A stretch of 61,744 nt of DNA, filler included, from Choristocarpus tenellus KU-1152 (GCA_964200185.2; 10 parts of 10 records of this genome joined end to end with filler, not necessarily neighbours in it); one strand, 5' to 3'; shown: positions 11,160-24,150, numbered from the whole stretch's first letter. Program-made: numbers and translations. Notes: generated by a model from the letters alone, not told the origin.

Positions 11160-13330
11160 CTTGGTGAAGGCCAAGAGGTGTACGGTGCTGAAGGCGAATT
11201 TTCTAGGGCTTTTCATGGGGCCAGGCAGTTTGCATGTACACTGTGGGCAGTATGGCCTTGGGCTGGTTCGTGGCCCACCCATGTTGAAATGGTCATTGGC
11301 CACGGACTCAGTCATGTTCGAGCTCGATTATACATGGCCATTGGTGGCCTTGGTCATGTTCAAACTTTATTGTACATGGTTGACCAGTAGTCCCACTCAT
11401 ATTGAGTATGTGATGGCTATGAACTCGATCATGTTCGAACATTTTATCTATGGCCAATCAGGAAATACTTTTTACACTCAAAAGCCTCCCACCGCCTCTT
11501 TCTGTGTATTTGCACACCCACTCTTTGACCTAGGCAAGGGTGTCCTCGTCGAGGCCCAGAACAAAATACCTCTTGTAGCGCCCTTGCTCCGACACCTTGA
11601 TGTGGCCCTAGGTTAGGAAGTCTTTCTCCCATATACTCACAGTTTCCGACCTGACCATTGCATATCCTGCTGCCATCTCAAGTGCCGCTTGGCAGTCTTT
11701 CCTGTCATTCACACACAGGTACAGGATTTGCAGTGTTGGAACCTTTACTATCGCATTTCCTCGTTGAGCGCCGGAAATGGGCGTCGTCCGTGTTTCCTGG
11801 GCGGGTGATATTTTATCAAGGCGCAATGGCGAGGGAAGACAGACTTGAGTTGATCGAAAATTGTGTTGATTTCTCAAATGAATGCAGGCCAGGAGAAAGT
11901 CTTAAACAACTTTATACATCCAACCTTAAGTCCAGGAAAAAAAGCGAATGTATGGCATCTTGCAAGAAGTGGGAGACACCAAACCATCAGTGTGCAAATA
12001 GTCTCAATCTCACCTCCTCTTCTTCCCTGGCGTCCTCATTGATGGCTATCTCCACCTGCTTCGCGACCTCTTCTAATTAGAGGATTTGGTGGTGTTGAAA
12101 CGTCTCCACAGCTGCCTTTGTTACCATCGCTTTCTACTCCTCCTTGCGAGCCCTTTTGACCTTCTTTTGGACTTCAGAGCCCTTGTAACCCAACCCTAAC
12201 ACCTTCTTTCTCATATTCTTAAGCCACTCCAGCTCACATAGCTTCCAAACAGCTAGGGCCTGCTGCACCTGTTGACTACTAAGATATTCTACACCCGGGT
12301 TTTTGCTTAGGTGTTTCGTGAGCGCAATGGCACACAGTCGCACTGCTCTCCTCCCCAACCTTCCCTTCAACCGATACTATGGTTCTCCCTTCGCCCGCCG
12401 TGACCAGGCTTCCCCACAGACTTCATCGCTGTACCACCCGGTGATGGACTCACCGCTCCCTTCCTGCTTTCCCGAGGCAGCAGAGTCTGCAGACCAGTGC
12501 TCCGAAGTGGTTGAAGATCCAACCACGTTTATGTGGTAATGCTTTCAATGCATCTTCTCTCAGCGTCAAATTCGCGGCCACGTGGTCCATTGCGCAATTT
12601 GATCATCCTGCTCCACTGCAGTACACGCACTTTCTCGTCACCTAACATCGCACCGAATGTCACACAGTGCTTGTTTTTTTGTCGCCTCTCGATAGAGAAG
12701 GTGCCAAGGGTAGATCCAGGGGGCAGAGTGGCCTCAGTGCCTCTCCTTGTCTCACTGTCGTGGTTCTTGATGCTGTGTGGGTCACGTGTGTGTGTACTCT
12801 CAAAAAGTCTGCAAATGGCGCTAAAAAGATGTCCGAAAATATTGTTTTTTTTTTGGTATTGCCACAAGCACTGTATTTGAGCATTGGACTATTTCACATC
12901 AGTTTTTTCCATTAAATTCAGCCAACCACTTCATTTTTGTATTTTTTGAGATTGTGACTATCAAAAATGCGCTGTAGGTATTCCTCCGCATTTGTACAAT
13001 TATTTTATCATTGGTGCCACTTCATGATAATATTTCTAAACTATTTAATATTGTGTTTGATTCTAAATTGAATACAATATTTTGTTGGGTGTCCGAGGTG
13101 ACTTGAGATCCGAGTCAGTGTGAAAGTCACATTTACACATGGATAAAACACGTAGTGGACATGGACCGGGACATGTTAAATAATTGGGGGACCGCTCTGG
13201 ACATGGAGATGGATCAGTTCAATACCTAGTGGACATGGCCTGGGACATGTTAAACAATTGTGGGGCCGATCTGGCTGGTGGACAGTATATTTTAAATTTA
13301 TTGGCCAGGTGAAAAGTCTTATTTTTTTAA
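11160..13330 (-). mobile_element. Decayed DNA transposon with subterminal repeats; IS630/Tc1-like transposase N-terminal remnant
   Basis: Minus strand reads EMAAGYAMVRSETVSIWEKDFL..GHIKVSEQGRYKRYFVLGLDED...VKEW, homologous to 31154-31470 (+). Repeated gtcatgttc motifs (11270-11440) and ggacatg motifs (13155-13260) are in opposite orientation. Confidence 0.45.
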
Positions 13331-13435
13331 TCTAAACAATGTCCAGTATGCTCAACCCCATTTTGGGACTCCTACTCCAAACCGCCCCATTCCTTAAAAA
13401 TGTTCCTCAAGGCAGGGATGCCAGTCTTCACAGAA

Positions 13436-13524
13436 GAGCCAAAGTATCTTAGAGGGTAAATCTTCGTCTGTTTGGGGGTCAAAATCCAATGTTGCGATTA
13501 TTACGTATTTTTTGCTGTCGTGTT
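13436..13524 (+). mobile_element. Sola-type MITE, left part, truncated by another repeat
   Basis: gagccaaagtatcttagagggta... breaks off into the repeat also seen at 28499-28640. Confidence 0.75.
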
Positions 13525-13669
13525 ACAACACACTCCAGAACTTACCTCCACAGGGTGTGTAGCTCTTACTATCCAACGACCTTTAAACGACCCTACTGGG
13601 GTATTTCCACAGTTGATAGACACTTGCAGTGTCAGTCACTCTTCTCTCCATGCCTCAACTCAGTGCTTA
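13520..13669. repeat. ~150-bp dispersed repeat (second copy 28499-28640)
   Basis: gtgttacaacacactccagaacttacctccacagggtgtg...ccaacgacctt aligns with gtgttacagcacgctccagaactcatctccgcaggatgtg...ccaacgacctt. Confidence 0.6.
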
Positions 13670-13929
13670 GAGTCAAACTATCTTAGAGGATAGAGCCGTG
13701 TCCATTTGGGAGCTAAAATCCAATGTTGCAATTTTGATGTAATTTTGGCTATTGCGTTTGTTGGGAAGTGTCAATATCCTTCTTGTGGACACATCTTTTC
13801 ATAACGTATACATTTTACCTACTCCAAAATATATTGGAGTAGGAAAATGTCATAAAAATACCCCGAGGGAGGCCAAGCCCCAAATGGACAAAAAGGGTAA
13901 AATTCGTACCCTCTAAGATACTTTCACTT
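13670..13929 (+). mobile_element. Sola-type MITE, full length, no clear TSD
   Basis: gagtcaaactatcttagagg...ccctctaagatactttcactt. Confidence 0.85.
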
Positions 13930-13991
13930 TGATAATTGCCGTCCAGTTGCCTGTTACTCTTTCTTCAGAAATGCATATGCTTCAGCCTTCT

Positions 13992-14104
13992 GAGTGAAAG
14001 TATCTTAGAAGGTACGAGTTTTGCCATGTTTGTCCCTTTGGGGCTTCCCACGTTTTTTTAATGACATTTTCCTACTTTAAAAGCTTTCGGAGTAGGATAA
14101 TGTA
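13992..14104 (-). mobile_element. Sola-type MITE half, interrupted at TA by a mariner
   Basis: gagtgaaagtatcttagaagg...ggagtaggataatgTA, followed directly by the mariner TIR. Confidence 0.8.
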
Positions 14105-14912
14105 CTACCTCCGTGCCATAAGTCTGTTCCGCGTTGTCCATAACGTTTGAAGATGCTGATGAAATTCATTTCCGAAAGAAGATTTGGAATCCTTGACGAA
14201 ATGAATGGTTAGGGTCAGCTCTATTTATTATTACTTCCCATCCATCACATTTTATCAGCCACAGAAAAACCCTCCATGTCTACCTTCGGCGTGTTTTCAA
14301 GCTCACCAGGCAACTGCCTCTTCCTTACCCCTGTATACTCCACACTGAAGTCATCCCCCCCTTTGCATCTAAGTACTAGGCTGTACACTACAATAAGGAG
14401 CTGCCAAGCCCTCTCAAGGGTGGTTTCATCATACTCCTCATACTGTTTCTTAATGACCTGAGTCAAAGTATCTTTGAGGGTAGGGCCGCGTCGGTTTGGG
14501 GGTCAAAATCCAATGTTGCGATTTCGATCAAATTTTGGCTATCATGTTTGTCGGGAAGTGTCAATATCCTAGTTCCGAACACACCTTTTCATAACATTAT
14601 ACATATATTTGCCTACTTCGAAACATTTTGGAGTAGGAAAATGTCATAAAAAACCCATGGGAAGCCAAGCCCCAAATGGACTAGCAGGGCAAAATTCGTA
14701 CCCTCTAAGATACTTTCACTCACCTTCACCATCTCCTCAACGGACCCAAACCGCTCCCCCATCACACGGCATTTCAAAGCCCTGAAGAAGCACAGGTCCA
14801 CGATATTGAGGTGGGGGGAAATGGATGGCTGCGTCACAAGCCTAATCGACCATCCCTCAATCTCCCCTGGCCCTGACAAGATTTCTGAGTTGCCCTTACC
14901 CGTGTGGGAGGT
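14105..14912 (-). mobile_element. Plant/oomycete-type (DD39D) mariner, 3' end with TIR
   Basis: TA|CTACCTCCGT terminus is Stowaway-like. Protein reads SHTGKGN...IRLVTQPSISPHLNIVDLCFFRALK...VEEMVK|VIKKQYEEYDETTLERAW, matching the QPPNSPDLNVLDLGFF motif. Confidence 0.85.
14460..14721 (+). mobile_element. Sola-type MITE, 262 bp, TSD ACCT
   Basis: ACCT|GAGTCAAAGTATCT...AGATACTTTCACTC|ACCT. Removing the element plus one TSD restores the mariner frame EMVKVIKKQY. Confidence 0.93.
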
Positions 14913-15690
14913 GGCTCAAAGTATCTGGGAGGGGGTGGGGTCAATTTTTTCATATCGCGATTTTGGGGTGATTTGGTTGCATACGTCGGATNNNNNNNNN
15001 NNNNNNNNNNNNNNNNNNNNNNNNNNNNNNNNNNNTTAATTAATTAANNNNNNNNNNNNNNNNNNNNNNNNNNNNNNNNNNNNNNNNNNNNCTCTAGTGT
15101 CCATAGTGAGGTATTGTCGGCTTGCTCCATAGTGGAATGTGCCAGGTGGGGGGGGGGAGGCTTGGCAAATAGACTAAACGGGTGGAGAGGGACCAGGAGT
15201 TGAGGAGCCAGGCCAACTTGTTTGTCCTCCATCTCACTGAGGTGTGTGACCAGTGTTCATGACCCGGAGTTCTTGATCACCTCTGCCATGTGGACTTGGA
15301 TCAATCCATCTGTTCCCAATATAACAGAACCATTTTGGGTTGGGCCCCAGGTTGATTACTGTTGTGGGTAGGAGTTCCACTTCTGAGGGCGTGGGTTGGT
15401 TGGTGGGCCTGAGGAGGTGCACCTGAATTATTCGTAAGACTCTTCACTGGAATCGGAGATTCCTGACAAGGAAACCTCAATCGGTATAACGGTATATGAA
15501 ATACGGCAATAACGGTATAACAACAGACAAACCTGCTTTCAATAAATGACAGCGAAAGTGAGAAGGATTTAAAAAGCCTGTCAGATTCTTGGGATGGTTC
15601 TCTCGGTCCTAGCCCTAGGGTGTGGTGCTAAGCTAGGTTGGAAGCACAGTAGGGGAGTGGTGTCACATAGCTGGTGATAAAAGTGAAAAT

Positions 15691-15958
15691 AGGAAAATAT
15701 CTTGCACATTTACAAAAATTGTTACTTTTTCAGGGGTTTTGATATTGAATTGACTTTTCATCAGTTTTTCCCTTGACGCATCTGGAAAATGTCCAACAGG
15801 ATAATAGCATAATAATAGTACAAAATGTCCAAAAACCATAATATATATTTTTATTATTATGCTCTCTTAAATTTTACAGATATATCAACCAATGAAAAGT
15901 ATACACATTGTCAGTGTAAGCCCTAAAGAAATAAAATGTCGTAAATGTGAAAAACCCT
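15691..15958. mobile_element. Foldback MITE (second family; partial copy ~31700-31790)
   Basis: cacatttacaaaaattgttactttttcagggg is an imperfect inverted repeat of ccctaaagaaataaaatgtcgtaaatgtg. Possible AAT|AGG...CCT|AAT boundaries. Confidence 0.55.
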
Positions 15959-15964
15959 AATCCA

Positions 15965-16090
15965 TTTTTTACTTCACTACTGTACTATTGCCCTCCAGTG
16001 TCTCCAATCTACCTACCTGTGTCTCGGGAGGAGCTAAAGAGGCATCTCAAGAATCCAATAAACCCCTCTGTCATGTATATAAATTATATA
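15965..16090. repeat. Short dispersed repeat (reverse copies 3596-3667 and 52320-52394)
   Basis: tgtactattg...atctacctacctgtgtctcgggaggagctaaagaggcatctcaagaatccaa matches the reverse complements of both contig-end segments. Confidence 0.6.
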
Positions 16091-16493
16091 TATAATATTA
16101 TAGTACATAGCATGTGTACTACTCGTTGTGTAGATTTTTTGGAGGAGATAAGAGAGTAACACCATTATGGGATATAACAAAAAGACATTATTGAAGTTCT
16201 TCCTCATTTCTCTTTCTCACCCTCTTGTTGCCCCAAACATCACTTTCCGCGCGGAAACGCGCAAGATATTTTCTGGTACAAACCCAGAAACCCAGGTTTA
16301 ATTGGTTTCCCCAACAAAAGGTACACTCTCCTTGAAGTGGGTGCTGCTATGTAGAAGGGCCACACCCTTGTCCAGAGTAACGGAGTGTACTTTTGCCAGT
16401 GATAACTGATACACTGTACCCTCCTTTTCGCCCCGATACCATCTTGACTTTGGCTTTTGAGGTTATTCCTAGGGTAGTCTTCACGCACTTAGA

Positions 16494-19400
16494 ATGGGTT
16501 CTTCTGCTCTCTGCCCAAGTTTGCCTAGAGGATGGCAACTCCTCGTGCTCAACCTTGCAGTCTACCTCATGCTGATGCCACCTAACGCGAGAGGGATAGT
16601 CGAGAGCGATAGAGGAATTGAGACTTTAGTATTTGAGGATTCGTTCGAGGACTTCGACCTCTCTGTCTGGAAGCACGAGTTGACTTTGTCTGGAGGCGGC
16701 AACTGGCAGTTTGAGTACTCCACCAACAACAGATCCAACAGCTGGGTCGAGGATGGTGTGCTTTACCTTCAACCCACCTTAACTTCGGACACCATCGGTG
16801 ATGATTGTTTTTCGGGCGAGCGAAGCTGTTCCTTGTCCATGTGGGGTCTTACTCCGCCAGACCAATGTACCTCGAATGCCTATTACGGGTGCGAACGACA
16901 AAGCAATGCAGCCCAAAGGATTATCATTAACCCTGTGCAGTCCGCTAAAATATACACAGCCGAGAGTTTGCACGTGACGTATGGAAGGATAGAAATAGAG
17001 GCAAAGTTACCTGTCGGAGACTGGATCTGGCCGGCCATATGGATGCTACCTGCCCATAATAGTTACGGCTCCTGGCCATCCTCTGGAGAGATCGATATTG
17101 TCGAGTCGCGAGGCAATTCCCCCCGGTACTTTCCTGGTGCTCTTTTCTCGGGTGGTCACGACACCATGTCCAGCACACTCCATTGGGGACCGTATCCCGC
17201 CCTCAATCGATACCATCTCACGACAGGTGACTTCAGCCTGCCCTCTCGCGAATCTTTCGGGGACCGTTTCCACACGTTTGGACTATCATGGGACGAGACT
17301 GGCTTGTATACGTACGTGGACAGTGACGACGAACGGGTGCTCAGTGTGTCCTTTGACCAAGACTTCTGGACGAAGGGTGGCTTCAGTGACACAGAGGGAA
17401 TCAACAACCCTTGGCGCGGGCGTGGTCCCTCTGCCCCCTTTGACCGTGATTTCTACCTCATCATGAACGTGGCTGTAGGTGTGGTGTGTTTACAGTAGCT
17501 TTAACAGCACAGGGGCGGTAGAGTTCCGAAGAGATTCTTCTAAGGAGGTCTCATTGAGCAATCTTGAATACAAGTACGTCCTTGGAATTTTCGCATCATA
17601 GCACGGAGATGTCAACAATATCACAACAACCATCGCCTTTCCTTCCATTGAACTCCCAAAAATTGCTGCAGGCGGTGTAAATGGATTCTTTCCGGATAAT
17701 GTTGGAGCAAAACCATGGACTGATCATGATACAGATGCAGCCTTGAAATTTTGGGAAGCAAGGGAATCATGGTTGCCGACCTGGAAGGGTCTGGACTCTG
17801 CCTTACAGGTACTGCACGTGGCATTTTCATGGAAAGCTATTATTCCCTGTTTGGGTACAAGCAGTTATGGTAGAAAAAGAATGATCTGCACATTTGTATG
17901 TATGTATATATGTTTTCAATTTAAGAGTAGATTCCTATGATATTGCTCAGACTCGGGTAATCTTAGCTGCCTGGATTATATTCTGGCTATTCCTGTAAAA
18001 TAAAAACTTTAGTATACTAGTTGTGTGCATTCACAAGGGGATGCCAATCCTTATAATTGTATTTATTTTTAGTGTCGTTTAAAAAAAAAAACTGTTTTGT
18101 TTTCTGAAGGTTGAAGTTGTAGATATGTGCATCCATGAGATATACCATAAGATAGGAGGTGTTTCCGGTGCAGGCCGTGTACTAATCTGAATACTTGTTA
18201 GTGGTTGGAGAGGCGTGACGTCACAACATTCACCAAGGACTGGTGGAAATTGATGCATGTGATCAATAGTCTTTGAAGGGGTCATACCGTGCTGGCTCTA
18301 AACCCTTACCCTAACCAGACAAGAGAGTAGTAGTGATAAGTACTTGAAGTATATATAAAAATGATGGGATAGATTGAAGAAAAGTTGTGCCATTGGACGA
18401 GTGGATGCCAAGATCAGAATGGAATAGAAAGACCCCCTATCAATAAACAATATTGTAAAGATGTAAGGGGTAGAAGGGATTTTTGAAGGGTAAATTTATC
18501 CAATCTTGTTAGTGTTCAGAATAAGTAGTTGCTATAGAAATGATTGAATTAGAAAGAAGAAACTGAAGTAGAGAATGCATAGGTATGTATCCTCAGGCTG
18601 AAGTAAGAGGATATGCAGGTAGACACTTTGTGTCTGATGATGGGGTGACAAAATGAGGTACAGAAGCACAAGGCTCCTCTTCTCCCAAGGCATCGCTTCA
18701 ATCCTAGGTTACAGTAGTGGATCTGAGTTGAACCAAGGTCACTTGGTTGGAGTATCCCTTCTCTACGTTTGAGGTAGAGTAATGTTGATGGGGTGAGGAG
18801 ATGAATTGGACCAACTTCACTCTTTGTTTTCTGATAATGTTCTCTCCATCCCCTTCTAATCTTCATGCCATTATTGCTGTTGATGTGGTTTGTCATATTC
18901 TATTGTGGCGGTTCTAGATGAGGTTTTGGGAGTTGGAAAAGTAGAACAGTGATTAGAATCGAATATGCTCATTTTTAGCAGGCTCTGGTTGCTTTTTTAT
19001 ATTTTATGATGAGGAGATGTTCTAGTTCCAACTAGGGTCAGGGTTCTTGTAACTTTCATTTGCAAAATTATTTTAGATGGATGTACTATACTGTACATAG
19101 AACACACTTTGATAAAATGTCAATACACATCTTTTTATGTTGAGTGTTAGATGGGATCAAATATTTATTTTTTTATTTTGTTCTGTCCCCCGAGGTGTTT
19201 TTCCTTGTAAGGTTCAGACTGGCAATTTTAGTGCTTGCCGAACTCCATGAGTCTGGTGTTCCTTAGTCTCACACTTCCATGAAGACACAAAAAATTGCCC
19301 CAGTCTTGTGTCAGCTCGGATTGACTTTGTTTCATAGGCGATGGTTTCACCAATGTTTGAATACTTGTAGTTGCAGAGGGGTCATAAGGGGTACAGGTGG

Positions 19401-21887
19401 ACCGAATAAAATAATGTTTTTTTAGGGTTAGGGTTATGGATGGGGAGATTGACAATATTTAGTGAGGCCCCCACTATTATCTTGATAGGACTTGCAACAC
19501 TTACAAAGAGTTTTTTTTTAATCAGTTCCAATGTTAGTATTATGGATGGTTTGAATTTCAAAACACCCCCTTGTATATCACCCCCAATTAGCAAAGGATG
19601 TGCATGAACTCAATGGTCATGTGCAAGTAATGTGGGGCTGGGTCGATAGCCCCACTATTTTGTGATGTCAAGTTGTGGTGTACCTCCAAGAGTTCCATCC
19701 CTTATGGCGATTTTTTATTGATCTAATAGGTTAGAGGTTGATAAAATCCATAAGGCCCGCACACAACAGTCTTAGGAACCACTTGCCCCTATCAGGTATT
19801 GAATTATACTTGAAGATTGTTAATGGTATATGCATTGACTAGAGGATTGTTGTGAGGCTCCAATGTAACCCTGTTAGACATAACGGTTTCAAGTACATAT
19901 TCCTGTCTGAAAACAAAAAAGGTGTATGTTATGGCGCAAGCAGTTGATCCTTGAAGTTGAAAATAAAAAGATGAACAAATTCTCGGATAGTTTTGTGGCC
20001 CCAGGTTGAGTCAAGGTCGTCTAGATTCAGTCGCCACTTTTTTTTGGAAGTTTTAAAATTCCAAGTATTGAACAACAAAACCAATGAAGATTGTTCATTG
20101 AAGGGTCATTTTGATAGCTTTTGTTTTGGGAGAACCTAAACCATGATCCTTTGTTGTGAAGTGTTGTTTTGGAGTATGGTAAATATGACATGTGTAGTCT
20201 TCCTCTGATTTCCCTGGAAAAATGTAGTTCTAAGGATGTAGGAGGTAGAAGGTTTCTTCCCGAAGAGTTGCTCTGAGCTGCCCAGAGCTGACATACTTAC
20301 ATTACCTGTAGCTACCAAGCTGAAGCTTTGGAGCTTGTGGCAAGGGCCCTGCGTCAAGCAATGTCCTCTGATCTAAGTCCTCTTACGTATTATCCATCCA
20401 TGTAGCATGTTACATTCAATGCCCCCCCCCCACATTTTGGTATATTCCTGTGGGGCATGTGATGTTATACACGTTGAATAAAAGGGTGACTGTAAATATT
20501 ATTTTCCACCAGAGTGTGATGTAATTTCTTGAGGACTTGGGACAATTACTCCCCAGAATATTTCTTCCCCTCATGATCAAGCTATAAGATCAGATGATTT
20601 GAGATACTCTTTTGTTGAGCTGTCAATCATGGTGTTTGTTTTGTTTTCAATTCCTGCTACTTGGTCAGATACTGCCTCACACACCAATATGCATTATACA
20701 CACATAATCTGGAGTACCTGCAGCAAGCACCATGTCACTGTTCCATTCGTAAGAGTCAGTATAGCCATCTACTGCTGCATTGACCTGGGAGGTGTTTCTT
20801 GGTTGCTCTGCTGTTGGTCTGTGTGATGCACACAACCCGAGCTGATATATCAGGCAATGTTTTAGGATTAGAAAGGAGACTTTGTCACTAGTGGTTATAG
20901 TCAACTCCACTCCAGTCAAAACAGGGGACCATTAATGGCCCAAGAAATTATGTATGAAATGTGCTCTGTATACTACACTACCATGTAGAGCACTTTTTGT
21001 GTTCCCGTTTGTTTGACTCTTTTTGTGGGTAATACAATTCAAATTTGAAGGGACATGCAAAAAGAGGCAAGATATCTCTGTGTACATTTTCTTGGGCACA
21101 TGATCAACACTAGTTGACTCACACCGGACAAGATGGACGACTGATAAAGTGTTAGTTCTTTTTTGCAACAAAAGCTGTTACCTCTTTGTCCAACAGTCCA
21201 TTGCACTTGAGAATTCAAACACAGAAGAAAAAGGGTGCAGTATGAATGAAGTGTATTAGTCGACATCAAACAGATGAGAAAAACTATGATCTGGACCGAA
21301 TTGTTAAACCAACTGCAAGAATGTGTTTTTCTTCTTGACGATGGGGACCATTATTCTGTCGCTTCATTTCTTTGAAATTGATCTTTTGGCAGGTGCGCTC
21401 GGTGAAGGTATGGCAACGAGAAGGGGGAGAAGAAGGTGGAAACCCTCCTACTGACGATAATACTAATTGTGACTGCTGCTTTGAGTTAAAGACTGAACCT
21501 AGCCCTCTGACAACCACTAAGGGAGATGGGGTTGGACCAGTGACTGGAACTAGTGGAGGATCAGTTGCTGGTCATTTTGAGGGAGTTCAGATAGGTGCGG
21601 ACACAATGAGGTTTGTTGTCGTAGCCACGGTTGTGAACAGCCTATTGCTTGTTGGACTGCTGGCAGCATTGGGCATGGTGTACCTTTTTGGGGATGGGGG
21701 CACCAGAAAAATGAGGACGTACCATATGGTGCCCCCTACCAAGACTTGCCGGAGAAACCAAGGGGAAGGGGCTGTGAGGGAGGGTGGGGTGGGGGGGAGG
21801 AGGGGCAGGGGAAGGACGGATGGAGACGAAGGCGAAGGAGGGTTAACTCCCCTCACAAGTGTTGGCACTTCTGACCACAGGAGCTGA
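16494..21887 (+). CDS. GH16 beta-1,3-glucanase / beta-glucan-binding protein with C-terminal transmembrane helix
   Basis: Exons 16494-17478, 17672-17808 and 21393-21887 with GT-AG, phase-consistent junctions. Motifs: GGGNWQF, GDWIWPAIWMLP, catalytic WPSSGEIDIVE, APFDRDFYLIMNVAVG|G, SALQ|VRSVKVWQ. Hydrophobic N-terminal segment; TM FVVVATVVNSLLLVGLLAALGMVYLF. Confidence 0.92.
18440..20100 (-). mobile_element. Highly decayed LINE reverse transcriptase inside GH16 intron 2
   Basis: Ordered minus-strand remnants LETVMSNRV..., GLMDF and GDIQGGVL resemble RT motifs LE.i..Rl / lDf.kAFD / GvpQGsvL. Confidence 0.4.
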
Positions 21888-23888
21888 TGCACAATCACAA
21901 TGATGGACATGTGGTGGTTTTATATGTTGTTCGGCTGATATGTATGTCTCTGTGTGTGACATATCATCTCTTTCCATACACCTTTGTTGGTCAGACATTT
22001 GGAGGGAGTCTTTGAATGCCTGATATATTGTATGTGTACATGGAGTCATGTCTTGATGCAGCTCCTTCCCATAGAAGTATGCTTCAACAGGGACCATAGA
22101 GCAGTATCCAGACAACGGACGTAAACATAGGTGCCATAGAGCAGTGTAAACTCCCTACTACGATAGTGTCTCTCAAGTTGGATACGTGGTATGTATTGTG
22201 GGGTATTCGTTTGACACACAAAGAGATACATAGAATTTGTTTTTAGATATACCAGTGGTTATTTCCCAGTGTGTGTTTGTGTGTGTGTGTGTATGTGTGT
22301 CCAAGAGGTACAATATGGATTCTTTTGTGGCTTACAGTTTTGAATAGTTATACGTCAAATACTAGTTCATCTGTACAAGATACGTACTTATGTCAATATG
22401 TATCTATACACACTGCATGATAATCATCATTGTAGAGTGAACCTACTCATGCATAATTGAGTCCTGTCTCTCTTGTTGGCCTTGGAGTTAGAAGGGAGTT
22501 CAGCTTAAGTGGAGTGGCTGAGCTGGAAATTAAAGTTTGGCAGTGATCTGTCCCATGCAAGAGATAAAGATGTTGTGTGGGAGGGGGGAGACGGGGAAGT
22601 ATTTTGTGGAGTGCTTCAGAGTATATAACAAGCTGTTCAAGCGTAGCACAATACACATACCATGATGGGAGCCGGGTAAGGACACCCCTCCCAATGTGAA
22701 GGAGAAAGTGTTTAGGGCCATGCAGAGGACCACAGTTCAGTGTGTGAAATTTACTATCGGTATCTATGTATTATGGCACGCTTAAGTATTTATGAGGGGG
22801 GGATTAGGAAGTAGGGGTTAGTATTAACAAACTAAGGTCACTGGGTAGGGTACATTGGTCATAGGGATTTGATTCAATATTTGATCCCGAGCCTTCTGTT
22901 CTTAGTACCCATAATTTAAATGACTTTATTACTACTGCTACTACTACTGCTATGATCGTTTTGTCTTCAATGCACTGTAACACTGCTTGAAGATCGAGGA
23001 GATATGTTGGTTCTTGTTGAGGAAGGAATTTGTGGAATAAGTAGGGGGTGGGTAGATTGTGGCGAGGACTGGTGGTGACAACCTCTTGTGTGCGTTGCGA
23101 CTATGATTATTGTTATTATTCGCTTGTTTTATTGACCTGCCGTGTGTGTACCCAGCAATATGAGAATACGTAAATTGCCTGGTCCCCCTCTCCCCGCTTG
23201 AGTCACATGGGTGCACACTACTCTAACACATGTGGTGAGTGTTTCATGCAGTACGCGGGCTTCATGTCTTTGTAGGCTATTGAAATAATAACGGAGATTT
23301 CAGACTTCGTCGAGGTGATTGAGTTCTTTTGCAGGTGTGTGCGAAAATGTGTCTCTTTGCTTGAACATACACCAGTAGTTCTTGCCTCAGATGCCTACGA
23401 GTGGTGGGGGCCTATGTCTGTCCTCCATAATCAGTAGTATATGTAGAATTTGTAGGGTTGCTACAATAATCCTGGGCAAGGCTCATCATAATAAGTGGTG
23501 GTAATCACTACAGTATTTAAACTTTTTTTACCTTATTATGGTGATTTACTGTAGGATTTTGACATGTTTAAGCAGCTACCATATCGTATCGTAGACAATC
23601 CTAAAATACCCCTCAAGATATCAACTTTGGGTTTCATCTCAAGACCTGGTAGGCGACATATCATGTATCTTTGGGGCCACTTGTTGTGGAAGAAGAGGCA
23701 ATTGGGGGTGGGCAATGTTTGCATATTGTGAGTGGAGCCCTGGAAGTATACTTAGTGAAGGTTCCCGCTGTTCACTTTGAACAATAAAGAGATCGTACAA
23801 TGGAGCGCCGTGCAGCGCTTGAGCTATGGGGGGTAGTTCAGGATGAGTGACACGGTGTGGCTTTTGTCTCGGAAGACTCCAAGGTGGT

Positions 23889-24150
23889 GAGTGAAAGTAC
23901 CTTTGAGGGTACGAGTTTCTTTCTCTTTGTTCATTATTTGGGGCTTGGGTTCCCACAGGTTTTTAATGACATTTTACCTACTCCAAAATGTTTTCGAGTA
24001 GGTAAAATGTATACGTTATGAAATGTTGTGTCCGGATTAAGGATAATTGAAACTCCTAACAGACATGATAGCCAAAATTACATCAATGTTGCAACATTGG
24101 ATTTTGACTCCCAAATGGACACGGCTCTACCCTCTAAGATACTTCGGCTC
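23889..24150 (-). mobile_element. Sola-type MITE, TSD TGGT
   Basis: TGGT|GAGTGAAAGTACCT...AGATACTTCGGCTC|TGGT. Confidence 0.92.

Noticed and set aside
11270-11460. CRISPR-like or guide-RNA array
   Set aside because: The repeats are short, degenerate and irregularly spaced, there is no associated nuclease, and the context is a eukaryotic TE.
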